NCBI GenBank assembly: GCA_016794005.1
Contig: JAEUKY010000207.1
Coordinates: 17,630 to 81,629 of the forward strand
Source of the DNA: Rhodospirillales bacterium
GTDB taxonomy: Bacteria > Pseudomonadota > Alphaproteobacteria > CACIAM-22H2
Length of the DNA stretch: 64,000 nucleotides
Reading direction: 5' to 3'
How positions within the stretch are numbered: the stretch's first letter is position 1; each line of letters starts with the position of its first letter. The notes under the pieces were generated by a model that saw nothing but the letters and a program-made list of their open reading frames with translations, searched no databases and had not been told where the DNA came from. Both the position numbers and the translations under genes were made by a program. Of the stretch, positions 36,048 to 44,735 are shown one piece after another.

Positions 36048-36473
36048 TCACTTGCCGCGGGCCGTGATGGCCGCCACACCGGCCGTCGCCAGCGCGATAT
36101 CCTCGGCTTCCGGCAGGCCGCTGACGCCGACGGCACCGACGAACTGGCCGTCGCGCTCGACCGGAATGCCTCCGCCCCACCCGACATAGCGCGCGTCGCC
36201 GTAATAGGAAATGTCGAAGCCCTGCACCGGATCGCGGGACTTCTGGCCGACCAGCGCGCTGGGCCGGCGGAGGCGCACGGACGTATAGGCCTTGTTCGTC
36301 GCGACCGCGACCGAGCTGAGGGCCGCCCCCGAATAGCGCAGGACCGCAAGCGTTTCACCATGGGAGTCGACGACCGCGATCACGGCTGCCTTGCCGCCCG
36401 CATCCAGTTCCTTGCGGATCGCGTCGATCGCCGCCGTCGCGTCCAGATGGTCGAGTGTCAGTTCGTTACGCAT
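36048..36473 (-). CDS. GlcG/HbpS-like (DUF336) putative haem-binding protein
   Basis: ORF 36048..36584 trimmed to the ATG at 36473 (MRNELTLDHLDATAAIDAI...). DUF336 pattern (AVVDSHGETLAV, NKAYTSV, WGGGIPV, VGAVGVSG). Overlaps the upstream ATPase gene by 8 nt. Confidence 0.8.
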   Translation of the reverse strand: MRNELTLDHLDATAAIDAIRKELDAGGKAAVIAVVDSHGETLAVLRYSGAALSSVAVATNKAYTSVRLRRPSALVGQKSRDPVQGFDISYYGDARYVGWGGGIPVERDGQFVGAVGVSGLPEAEDIALATAGVAAITARGK

Positions 36474-37227
36474 TCCCGCCCGTGCTCCCGTGCTGGCTGG
36501 TTCCGCCGAGGAACAGCTCGCCGACACGGGGGTCGACGAGCAGCTTCGACGCCTCGTCGTACATCCGGGTCTGTCCCTGCTCAAGCACTAGTCCGCGATC
36601 GGATATCTGCAGTGCGCTGCGCGCATTCTGCTCGATCAGCAGGATCGTCGTGCCGCGGTCGCGAAGACCGAGCAGGATGTCGAAGGTCTCGCGCACCATC
36701 AGCGGCGACAGGCCGATGGACGGCTCGTCGATCAGCAGCAGCTTGGGATCCAGCAGCATGCTGCGCGCGATCTCCAGCAGCTTCTGCTGGCCGCCGCTGA
36801 GCGTGGAGGCCTGCGCCTTCGCCTTGCCGCGCAGCACCGGGAAACGGTCGAGTGCCGCCTCGATACGCGCGGGAATGTCGATGGCGGGCGGGGCCGCGAT
36901 CCCGCCAAGCTCGAGATTATGGAGCACGCTCAGCTCCGGAAAGATGTTGCGTCCCTGCGGCACGTAGCTGATGCCGGCGGCAAGAAGCTCGCGCGGTGCG
37001 AGATTGGTGATGTCCGCCCCGTCGAACGCGATCTTGCCGCTGCGCACCTTCAGCAAGCCGAACACGGTCTTGAAGACGGTCGACTTCCCCGCTCCGTTCG
37101 GGCCGATCACGGTGGTGATCTTAGCGCGCTCGATCGCAAAGGTCGTGCCGTGCAGGATCGTCATCGGGCCGTAGCCGGCAACGACGGAGTCCAGCGACAG
37201 GATCGGAGCTCCGGTCTCAGGGCCCAA
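36466..37227 (-). CDS. HAAT-family ABC transporter ATP-binding protein, LivF-like (second system)
   Basis: Part of ORF 36466..37494. There is no in-frame ATG or GTG near the conserved N-terminus (PILSLDSVVAGYGP). The best candidate start is TTG at 37227, overlapping the livG-like gene by 11 nt. VIGPNGAGKST, LSGGQQKLLEIARSM, LLIDEPSIGLSP. Confidence 0.8.
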   Translation of the reverse strand: MGPETGAPILSLDSVVAGYGPMTILHGTTFAIERAKITTVIGPNGAGKSTVFKTVFGLLKVRSGKIAFDGADITNLAPRELLAAGISYVPQGRNIFPELSVLHNLELGGIAAPPAIDIPARIEAALDRFPVLRGKAKAQASTLSGGQQKLLEIARSMLLDPKLLLIDEPSIGLSPLMVRETFDILLGLRDRGTTILLIEQNARSALQISDRGLVLEQGQTRMYDEASKLLVDPRVGELFLGGTSQHGSTGGNA

Positions 37228-37960
37228 GATAGGCCTCGACGACTTTCGGGTTGTTGCGGATGCTGGCGGGATCGCCCTCGGCGATGATCCGCCCTTCGGC
37301 GAGCACGAGCACGCGCGTGCACAGCGACATGACGAAATCCATGTTGTGCTCGATGACCACGAACGTCGCGCGCATCTCGCGGTTGATCGCGCGCAGGCGC
37401 TCGCGCAGGTCGGCCAGCATCGTGAGATTGACCCCGCCCGCCGGCTCGTCGAGCAGCACCAGACGCGGGCCGCCCATGAAGGCCATCGCGGCATCCAGCA
37501 GCTTCTGCTGGCCGTAGCTGAGCCGGCCTGCCCGCTCGCCGGCCACGTGCGACAGGCGGAAGAACTCGATCATCCGGTCGGCCGCGGCACCCAAGCCCGC
37601 ATCCGGCGGCCCGAAAAGACGCGACAGCATCGAGCCGCGATGCTCCTGCCCCGCCGCGATCAGATTGTCCTTCACGGTCAGCTCCGGGAAGACCTGCAGC
37701 AGCTGGAACGTGCGGCTCACACCCAGCGCGTTCAGGTCGCAGGGGCGCATCCCGGTCGTGACCTTGCCGTCGACGCGTATCTCGCCCGACGTGGGCTGGA
37801 GCTGGCCCAGCACGCAGTTGAACAGCGTCGACTTGCCCGACCCGTTCGGGCCGATGATGCCGACGATCTCGCCCTCGTCGACCGAGAACGAGACGCCGTC
37901 GACCGCGACGATGCCGCCGAAGGACTTGTGGATGTCCTTGACCTCCAGGACCGGCGCCAT
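37217..37960 (-). CDS. HAAT-family ABC transporter ATP-binding protein, LivG-like (second system)
   Basis: C-terminal 247 codons of ORF 37217..38824, ATG at 37960 (MAPVLEVKDIHKSFGG). IIGPNGSGKST, LSYGQQKLLDAAMAF, LVLLDEPAGGVN. Confidence 0.9.
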   Translation of the reverse strand: MAPVLEVKDIHKSFGGIVAVDGVSFSVDEGEIVGIIGPNGSGKSTLFNCVLGQLQPTSGEIRVDGKVTTGMRPCDLNALGVSRTFQLLQVFPELTVKDNLIAAGQEHRGSMLSRLFGPPDAGLGAAADRMIEFFRLSHVAGERAGRLSYGQQKLLDAAMAFMGGPRLVLLDEPAGGVNLTMLADLRERLRAINREMRATFVVIEHNMDFVMSLCTRVLVLAEGRIIAEGDPASIRNNPKVVEAYLGP

Positions 37961-38931
37961 CAGTGCGTCCCCGTCGTGGCGGTGGTGCGTCGGCGGCGCA
38001 GGGCGGCGGCGATCCGTTCGGCCATGCCGATCAGCCCCTGCGGGCAGAACGTCATCAGGATCATCACAGCCGCAGCATAGAGAAGGAGGTAGTAGCCTTG
38101 CGTGAAGCGCAGGAACTCCGGCAGCAGGACCGCGACCATGGCGCCGACGAGCGGCCCCAGCAGGTAGCCGGACCCGCCGACGATGACCATCAGCAGCAGG
38201 CTCAGCGAATAGCCGAGCGAGAAGGAGCCCGGTTCGAGGAACTGCACCAGCGGCGCAAACAGCCCGCCGGCGAACCCGCCGATCGACGAACCGATTGCGA
38301 AGGCCAGCAGCGTGTATCGGCGCGTATCGACGCCCAGCGACATCGCGCGGACGGGATTTTCGCGCAAGACCATGAAAGCGCGCCCCCACGGCGAACGGAT
38401 CATCCACCACATGGCGCCGAGGAAGATCGCGAGCATCCCGAGACAGAAATAGTAATAGTCCGCCGACTTCGCGAACGAGACCCCGAACAGCACGGGCCGT
38501 TGGATGCCGGAAATTCCGTAGACGCCGTTGGTCAGCCACTGCTCGTTGCGCAGCAGCAGGTAGACGAGCGTCGTGAAGGCGAGCGTGACGAACGCGAGGT
38601 AATGGTGCTGCACGCGCAGGGCCGGATAACCGAGCAGCCAGCCAACGCCGAAGCAGATCGCCCCTGCCGCGACGAATGCGGCCGGGAACGGCACGCCCTG
38701 CTGCATCAGGATCGCCGTCGCATAGGCGCCGATCCCGACGAAAGCGCCCTGCGCCATCGATATCTGGCCGGCATAGCCGAGCGTGAGGTTGAGCCCCATC
38801 GCCGCGATGGCGGTAACGGCCCACAGGCTGACGAGATAGAGCGACGACGGCCGAAGGAACTGCGGTCCGAGCGCGAGCGCCAGAACGACGGCCGCCGCGA
38901 TGGCGAGCGGGACAAGGCGCGCGCGTTCCAT
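37960..38931 (-). CDS. HAAT-family ABC transporter permease, LivM-like (second system)
   Basis: 323-aa ORF. LivM-type core (GLNLTLGYAGQISMAQGAFVGIGAY, NGVYGISGI). Confidence 0.9.
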   Translation of the reverse strand: MERARLVPLAIAAAVVLALALGPQFLRPSSLYLVSLWAVTAIAAMGLNLTLGYAGQISMAQGAFVGIGAYATAILMQQGVPFPAAFVAAGAICFGVGWLLGYPALRVQHHYLAFVTLAFTTLVYLLLRNEQWLTNGVYGISGIQRPVLFGVSFAKSADYYYFCLGMLAIFLGAMWWMIRSPWGRAFMVLRENPVRAMSLGVDTRRYTLLAFAIGSSIGGFAGGLFAPLVQFLEPGSFSLGYSLSLLLMVIVGGSGYLLGPLVGAMVAVLLPEFLRFTQGYYLLLYAAAVMILMTFCPQGLIGMAERIAAALRRRRTTATTGTH

Positions 38932-39809
38932 CAGACCGACCGCTCCTCGACCCGCCCGAGCAGACCCTGCGGCCGGAAAAGGATCACGACGACGAGCACG
39001 ATCAGCGGAACTGCCGCGCGGTACTGCGCCGAAACATAGGAGGCCGCGAGATTGTCGAGCACACCGAGGATCAGGCCGCCGAGGACCGCGCCCCGCACGT
39101 GGTTGAATCCGCCGACGATGGCCGCGACGAACGCCGCAAGGCCCAGCGTCTCTCCGTTCGTGAACTTGGCGAGATAGATCGGCGAAATCAGGAACGACGC
39201 GAGCGCCGTCAGAAGTCCGTTGATCAGGAACGTGTAGAGGATCATCCGGTCGACATCGACGCCGAGGATGCGCGCCACGGCGCGGTTCTGCGCGGTTGCC
39301 TGCATCGCGCGCCCGGTCAGCGTAGACGAAAGGAACCAGTTGAGGAGTGCGACGGCGCCGAGCGCCACAAAGAAGATCGCGATGCTCTGCGTCGAGACGA
39401 CGGCGCCGAGGAACTCGATATCCGTTCCTTCGACGATGGGCGGAAACTGCTGAGCCTGCGAGCTGTAGAAGTCCTTGACCGACTCCTTCATCAGGATCGC
39501 GAGCGCCACGGTGGAGATGACGAGCGGAAGCACGCCGTGCCTCAGCATCGGTTCGACGACCAGCCCCTTGAACGCCGCCCCGAGAAGCAGGGCCGACACG
39601 ACGAGGCCGATGGCGATCGACGGAAGGTAGCCGAGCCCCCAGACCTTCATCGCGACGAGCACGAAGAAGGCCGGCACCATGACGAACTCGCCCTGCGCGA
39701 AGTTGATCGTCTGCGACGTCTGCCAGAGCAGCGCGAAGCCCACGGCGACGAGGGCGTAGATCGCCCCCGTCGCCAGGCCGGACACGACGAGCTGGATGAA
39801 GCCGGACAT
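38931..39809 (-). CDS. HAAT-family ABC transporter permease, LivH-like (second system)
   Basis: 292-aa ORF (MSGFIQLVVSGLATGAIYALVAVGFALLWQTSQTINFAQGEF...). Confidence 0.9.
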   Translation of the reverse strand: MSGFIQLVVSGLATGAIYALVAVGFALLWQTSQTINFAQGEFVMVPAFFVLVAMKVWGLGYLPSIAIGLVVSALLLGAAFKGLVVEPMLRHGVLPLVISTVALAILMKESVKDFYSSQAQQFPPIVEGTDIEFLGAVVSTQSIAIFFVALGAVALLNWFLSSTLTGRAMQATAQNRAVARILGVDVDRMILYTFLINGLLTALASFLISPIYLAKFTNGETLGLAAFVAAIVGGFNHVRGAVLGGLILGVLDNLAASYVSAQYRAAVPLIVLVVVILFRPQGLLGRVEERSV

Positions 39810-39840
39810 CGTATCTCCGTCGCGGTACCGCTGACCGGCC

Positions 39841-40980
39841 TTAGAGGCCGGCCTTCGGCAGTATCTCGACGATCTTCTGCTTTCCGGCGACGACCTCGCC
39901 GAGAAAGCTCTGACGGTCGATGTCGCCGTTCTTGTCCCACGTGGCTTCCATCAGGATGCCCGGTTCGTCCGACGGCTTGATCGTCATGCCGTGGAGGGCC
40001 GCGGCGAACGCCTTGCTGTCGAACTTCCCGATCTTCTCGGTCACGTGCTTGATGACGTAGACGGCCGTGTAGCCCTTGATGCCGTTGTGGTCGTTGGCGT
40101 AGCCGAAGCGCTTCTTGAACTTCTCGCCGAACTCCTGGAGTGCGGGAACGGGCGCGTCTGCCGTCAGGCCCACATGGCCCTTCACGCCGTTCGCGGCCTC
40201 GCCGGCCAGTTCGATGACCTTCTGGCCCAGAAGCGTCGTCTCGCCGATCAGCGGGGCGCGGATGCCCTGCTTGCGCGCCTCGCGCAGGAAGCGAGCGCTT
40301 TCTTCCTCGTTCGTATAGACGAAGATCGCGTCCGCATTGGCGTTCTTGACCTTCACCACGTCCGAAGCGAAGTCGACCTGGCCGGATTCCGTCGACACGT
40401 CGGCGACGACAGGAATGTTGCGCTTGCGCATCTCGGCGGTGAACGCGTCGCGCCCGCCCTTGCCGAAGTCGTTGTTGACCCACACGACCGCGACGGACTT
40501 CGCCTTGACGCCGTCGCGCATGTAGTTGGCGATCTTCGGCATGCTGACCTGCTGGCCGAACGCGGTGCGGAAGATATAGGGATTGCCCCGCTGCGTGATC
40601 GCGGCCGCCTCGCCGCCCATGATCTGCGGGATCTCGGCCTGCTTGGTCAGTTCCATGCTGGGCAGCACCGAGCCGGAGAAGACCGGGCCGAGCACGACAT
40701 AGGCCTTGTTGTCGATCATGCGCTGGATCTGGGCGCGCGCGATGCTCGCCTCGCTCTGCGTGTCGACATGCGGGACGTCGAGCTTGCGCCCGAGAATACC
40801 GCCCTTGGCGTTGATCTCCTCGACCGCGAGGATGATCCCGTCGCGCCAGTTCGTGCCGGAAACGGCACCGGCACCCGAGAGTTCGGCGAGATTGGGAATG
40901 TAGATCGTGGACTGCGCGCCCGCCGCGACGGGCGCCATCGCCATGGCGGCGACGAAGAACGATTTCATCAGGTACTTCAT
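39841..40980 (-). CDS. HAAT-family ABC transporter substrate-binding protein (second system; candidate aromatic/alicyclic acid binder)
   Basis: 379-aa ORF with a Sec signal (MKYLMKSFFVAAMAMAPVAAGAQS) and type-I PBP pattern. The ligand is inferred only from the neighbouring gallate genes. Confidence 0.85.
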   Translation of the reverse strand: MKYLMKSFFVAAMAMAPVAAGAQSTIYIPNLAELSGAGAVSGTNWRDGIILAVEEINAKGGILGRKLDVPHVDTQSEASIARAQIQRMIDNKAYVVLGPVFSGSVLPSMELTKQAEIPQIMGGEAAAITQRGNPYIFRTAFGQQVSMPKIANYMRDGVKAKSVAVVWVNNDFGKGGRDAFTAEMRKRNIPVVADVSTESGQVDFASDVVKVKNANADAIFVYTNEEESARFLREARKQGIRAPLIGETTLLGQKVIELAGEAANGVKGHVGLTADAPVPALQEFGEKFKKRFGYANDHNGIKGYTAVYVIKHVTEKIGKFDSKAFAAALHGMTIKPSDEPGILMEATWDKNGDIDRQSFLGEVVAGKQKIVEILPKAGL

Positions 40981-41157
40981 GTTTCGCTCCCTTTTTCCCG
41001 GACTTTGCCGGATTCCGCATTTGTAGCCTTACCCGTGGCGCGAAGGTATCGCGCATCCCGGAAAGTAACGTCAAATACCAAGTTCTTCGCTTCCTCTAAC
41101 ATCGGGTTACTATGCGACGGCCCTTCGTTGCGCCATCGGTCCCATGTCTGGGGTTGC

Positions 41158-41191
41158 TGAATCAAATTATTTGTTTGCCGGTTTTGGTGAA
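41158..41191 (-). promoter_or_regulatory. Bipartite motif copy 1: TTCACCAA-N16-ATTTGATTCA (read on the minus strand, toward the HAAT operon)
   Basis: The plus strand reads TGAATCAAAT (41158-41167), 16 nt, TTGGTGAA (41184-41191). It ends 27 nt upstream of the lysR ATG. Both boxes and the spacing are identical to copy 2. Confidence 0.6.
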
Positions 41192-41217
41192 TTCGGTGCA
41201 TCAATCGGCGCACTCCC

Positions 41218-42114
41218 ATGCGGATCGATTTTCTCGGCCTCCAGACCTTCCTCAGCATCGCCGAACGCGGCAGCTTCCAGCGCGCGGCGGCACATCTCAA
41301 CCTGTCGCAGACGGCGCTCAGCCACCGGATGCGCAAGTTCGAGGCCGATCTTGGCGTCAAGCTGCTGACCCGCACGACGCGCCAGGTGACTCTGTCGCCC
41401 GCCGGGCTCGAACTGCTGCCCAAGGCGCGCCGCATCCTCGACGAGATCGAGACGTCGTTCGAATCCCTGCGCCAGAGCGGCAGCCACCGGCAGGAGCGCA
41501 TCGCGATCGGCTGCCTGCCGACGATCGCGCACCACTACCTGCCTCGCCTGCTGCAGCAGTTCTCCGCCCGCTATCCCGACATGACGGTCAAGATCCACGA
41601 CAACTCGGCGACCGAGATCGCCGATCTCGTCCAGTCGGGTGCGGCCGAATTCGGGATCACCATCGTCTCGGCCAACCGCGTGGATCTCGACATAAGGCCG
41701 CTGCTGAAGGAGCCGTTCGTGCTGGTCTGCCCGGCGACGCACGCCTTCGCGCGGCAGAAGGCGGTCAACTGGTCGGAGCTAGGGGGCACCCCGCTCGTGC
41801 GGATCAGCCCGCAGGCCGGTAACCGCGCGCTGATCGACGACGCGCTGGGCAGCCGGCGCGACGCGCTGCTCTGGCGCTACGAGGTGCAGCACGTCGCGAC
41901 CGCCGTCAGCATGGTGATCGCCGGGCTCGGCCTGACGGTGGTGCCGCGCCTTGCCATCGACGTGGCCGGAACGCCGGGCGTGGCTGCCATCCCGCTGCAC
42001 AATCCCGGCGTGGCGCGCACGCTGGGGATCGTCCAGAAGCGCGGCACGGCGCTTTCTGCACCTGCCGAGTTCCTCGCCGGCCTTATCTCGACCCGGCTTC
42101 GATCCGAGAAATGA
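41218..42114 (+). CDS. LysR-family transcriptional regulator (GalR-like by context)
   Basis: 298-aa ORF. N-terminal wHTH (LQTFLSIAERGSFQRAAAHLNLSQTALSHRMRKFE) plus a LysR substrate-binding domain. Confidence 0.9.
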   Translation: MRIDFLGLQTFLSIAERGSFQRAAAHLNLSQTALSHRMRKFEADLGVKLLTRTTRQVTLSPAGLELLPKARRILDEIETSFESLRQSGSHRQERIAIGCLPTIAHHYLPRLLQQFSARYPDMTVKIHDNSATEIADLVQSGAAEFGITIVSANRVDLDIRPLLKEPFVLVCPATHAFARQKAVNWSELGGTPLVRISPQAGNRALIDDALGSRRDALLWRYEVQHVATAVSMVIAGLGLTVVPRLAIDVAGTPGVAAIPLHNPGVARTLGIVQKRGTALSAPAEFLAGLISTRLRSEK

Positions 42115-42123
42115 TGCAGAGTT

Positions 42124-42157
42124 TTCACCAATAGTCCCATATCAATCATTTGATTCA
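42124..42157 (+). promoter_or_regulatory. Bipartite motif copy 2: TTCACCAA-N16-ATTTGATTCA (toward the gallate genes)
   Basis: TTCACCAA (42124-42131), 16 nt, ATTTGATTCA (42148-42157). It ends 52 nt upstream of the galD-like ATG. It contains the dyad AATCA-TT-TGATT. Confidence 0.6.
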
Positions 42158-42209
42158 TGATCGGCCGTGCCAGAGATTCCAGGCGCGGTTTCGACGGGAG
42201 GAACGACAA

Positions 42210-43301
42210 ATGCAACAGCGCGTGCGTTGCATGCTGATGCGCGGCGGCACGTCAAAGGGTGCCTATTTCCTTGCCGACGATCTGCCGCGCGACGTCGCCT
42301 CGCGCGACGCCGCCCTGCTGGCGATCTTCGGATCGCCCGACCCGCGCCAGATCGACGGCATCGGCGGCGCCAATCCGCTGACCAGCAAGGTCGCAATCGT
42401 CTCGAAATCGAAGGACACCGAAAGCGATATCGATTTCCTGTTCTGTCAGGTCTCCGTCGACCGCGCGATGGTCGATACCACGCCCAACTGCGGCAACATC
42501 CTTGCCGGTGTGGCGCCGTTCGCGATCGAGCGCGGACTGGTCGTGCCGCAAGGCACCACGACGCGCGTGCGCGTGCGTACGATCAACACCGGAACGCTCG
42601 CCGAACTCGTCGTCGAGACGCCGGACGGCAGGGTGAACTATGACGGCGATGCGCACATCGACGGCGTGCCCGGCACGTCGGCCCCCATCGCCGTCAACTT
42701 CCTCGATGCGGAAGGCTCGGTATGCGGCAGGCTGCTGCCGACCGGCAATGCCGTCGACGTCGTCTGCGGGGTCGAGGCTACGCTGATCGACAACGGGATG
42801 CCGGTCGTCGTGCTGGCGGCCGAAGCCTTGGGACGCACCGGCTACGAAAGCCGCGAAAGCCTCGATGCGGACGTGGAGCTGAAGGCGAAGCTCGAGGATA
42901 TCCGCCTCGCGGCCGGCCGGCTCATGGGCCTCGGCGACGTCAAGGACAAGGTAATTCCGAAGATGGCGCTCGTCGCCCCACCGGCAGCCGGCGGTAATGT
43001 CTGCACGCGGAGCTTCATCCCGCATGTCTGCCATGCCTCGATCGGCGTGTTCGCGGCCGTGTCGGTCGCGACCGCCTGCGTCCTGCCGAGTACGCCCGCT
43101 GCGCGCGCAACGACGATGCCCGGCGGGCGAGTGCGCACCGTCATGGTCGAGCACCCGACCGGCAATTTCGCCGTACGGCTCGAAGTCGGCGGCAGCGACG
43201 CGGCCCCCGTCGTCGAGCGCGCAGGTCTGGTGCGCACTTCCCGGGCGCTATTCGACGGCGTCGTCTTCTACAGAACAGCAGCTCAATCGACGGCTGCCTG
43301 A
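42210..43301 (+). CDS. galD: PrpF-superfamily isomerase, 4-oxalomesaconate tautomerase-like
   Basis: ORF 42150..43301 trimmed to the ATG at 42210 after GGGAGGA. PrpF-type N-terminus ([15 protein letters not shown]) and TPNCGN motif. Context with hydratase, aldolase and dioxygenase genes. Confidence 0.8.
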   Translation: MQQRVRCMLMRGGTSKGAYFLADDLPRDVASRDAALLAIFGSPDPRQIDGIGGANPLTSKVAIVSKSKDTESDIDFLFCQVSVDRAMVDTTPNCGNILAGVAPFAIERGLVVPQGTTTRVRVRTINTGTLAELVVETPDGRVNYDGDAHIDGVPGTSAPIAVNFLDAEGSVCGRLLPTGNAVDVVCGVEATLIDNGMPVVVLAAEALGRTGYESRESLDADVELKAKLEDIRLAAGRLMGLGDVKDKVIPKMALVAPPAAGGNVCTRSFIPHVCHASIGVFAAVSVATACVLPSTPAARATTMPGGRVRTVMVEHPTGNFAVRLEVGGSDAAPVVERAGLVRTSRALFDGVVFYRTAAQSTAA

Positions 43302-43312
43302 GGCAGGGAAAA

Positions 43313-44029
43313 ATGGGCAAATCCGCTCTGGTCGTTTCGGCACATCCCGGCGACTTCGTCTGGCGCGCCGCCGGCGCCATCGCCCTGCATGTCGCGAAGG
43401 GCTATCGCGTCAAGATCGTCTGCCTTGCCTATGGCGAGCGCGGCGAAAGCCAGTGGGCATGGAAGAAAGCAGACGTCTCGCTCGCCGACGTGAAGGCCCA
43501 GCGCCACGCGGAATCCGAGAAGGCCGCCGCCGTACTGGGCGCGGAGATCGAGTTCTTCGACGCCGGGGACTATCCGCTGCGCCTGACCGAGGCGATGCTC
43601 GACCGGCTCGTCGACATCTACCGCGAGGTAAAGCCGTCTTTCGTTCTGACGCATTCGATGGAGGATCCCTACAACGGCGACCATCCGGAAGCCTCGCGCT
43701 TCGCCCAGGAGGCGCGCGTCATCGCGCAAGCCGCCGGCCACAAGCCCGATCCGTCGCGCAGTTACAGCGCGCCGGCGGTGTTCCTGTTCGAGCCGCATCA
43801 GCCCGAGCAGTGCAACTACAAGCCCAACGTGATCCTCAACATCGATCCGGTGTGGGAGACCAAGCGCAAGGCCTTCGAGGTGCTCGCCGCCCAGCAGCAT
43901 CTCTGGGAATACTATACGCGCGTCGCGCTCAACCGCGGCATGCAGGGCGGGCGCAATTCCGGCAAGCCGATGACCTACGGCGAAGCCTACCAGCGCGTCT
44001 TCCCCGCCGTCGTCGAGGAACTGTCGTGA
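43313..44029 (+). CDS. galB: LmbE/PIG-L-fold protein, 4-oxalomesaconate hydratase-like
   Basis: 238-aa ORF. LmbE-like N-terminus ([17 protein letters not shown]), [13 protein letters not shown] motif. The functional call rests on GalB of Pseudomonas putida being an LmbE-fold hydratase, plus the pathway context here. Confidence 0.75.
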   Translation: MGKSALVVSAHPGDFVWRAAGAIALHVAKGYRVKIVCLAYGERGESQWAWKKADVSLADVKAQRHAESEKAAAVLGAEIEFFDAGDYPLRLTEAMLDRLVDIYREVKPSFVLTHSMEDPYNGDHPEASRFAQEARVIAQAAGHKPDPSRSYSAPAVFLFEPHQPEQCNYKPNVILNIDPVWETKRKAFEVLAAQQHLWEYYTRVALNRGMQGGRNSGKPMTYGEAYQRVFPAVVEELS

Positions 44030-44724
44030 CGCCGGTCGTCGTGCGCAACGTCGCGCGCGCCGACGCCGATGCGGTGCGGGCGCTCGGCGAATGCGGCGTC
44101 TCGACCGTGCACGAAGCCTTCGGCCGGTCCGGCCTGATGAAGCCCTACATGCGCCCGGTCTGGCGGCGCGCGCGGACGACAGGAACGGCCGTGACCGTCC
44201 TCGCCCAACCCGGCGACAACTGGATGCTCCATGTCGCGGTCGAACAGTGCCGGCCGGGCGACATCCTCGTCGTCGCCGTCGCGTCCGACAACGAGGACGG
44301 CATGTTCGGCGAGTTGCTCGCCACGTCGCTGCAGGCGCGCGGCGTGCGCGGTCTCGTCATCGACGCGGGTTGCCGCGACGTCGCCGCACTCGAGGACATG
44401 GACTTCCCGGTCTGGTCGCGCGCGATCTCGGCCAAGGGCACGGTCAAGGCGAGCCTCGGCAGCGTCAACGTGCCGGTCGTCTGCGCCGGCGTCGCCGTCG
44501 CACCGGGCGACGTCGTGGTCGCCGACGACGACGGCGTCGTCGTCGTGCCCGCGAAGGACGCCGTCGACGTCGCCAGACGCGCCAAGGCGCGCGTCGCCGC
44601 CGAGGAAGCCAAGCGCCGCCAGCTCGCCGCCGGCGTGCTCGGCCTCGATCTCTACGCGATGCGCGACGGGCTCACGAAAGCCGGCCTCGTCTATGTCGAC
44701 GCGCCCGACGAACCAAAACCATAA
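44026..44724 (+). CDS. galC: RraA-fold class II aldolase, 4-carboxy-4-hydroxy-2-oxoadipate (CHA/HMG) aldolase-like
   Basis: Part of ORF 42997..44724. GTG at 44026 overlaps the upstream stop (GTGA). RraA/HMG-aldolase motifs ([40 protein letters not shown]). Confidence 0.8.
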   Translation: MTPVVVRNVARADADAVRALGECGVSTVHEAFGRSGLMKPYMRPVWRRARTTGTAVTVLAQPGDNWMLHVAVEQCRPGDILVVAVASDNEDGMFGELLATSLQARGVRGLVIDAGCRDVAALEDMDFPVWSRAISAKGTVKASLGSVNVPVVCAGVAVAPGDVVVADDDGVVVVPAKDAVDVARRAKARVAAEEAKRRQLAAGVLGLDLYAMRDGLTKAGLVYVDAPDEPKP

Positions 44725-44735
44725 GGATCCACCGC

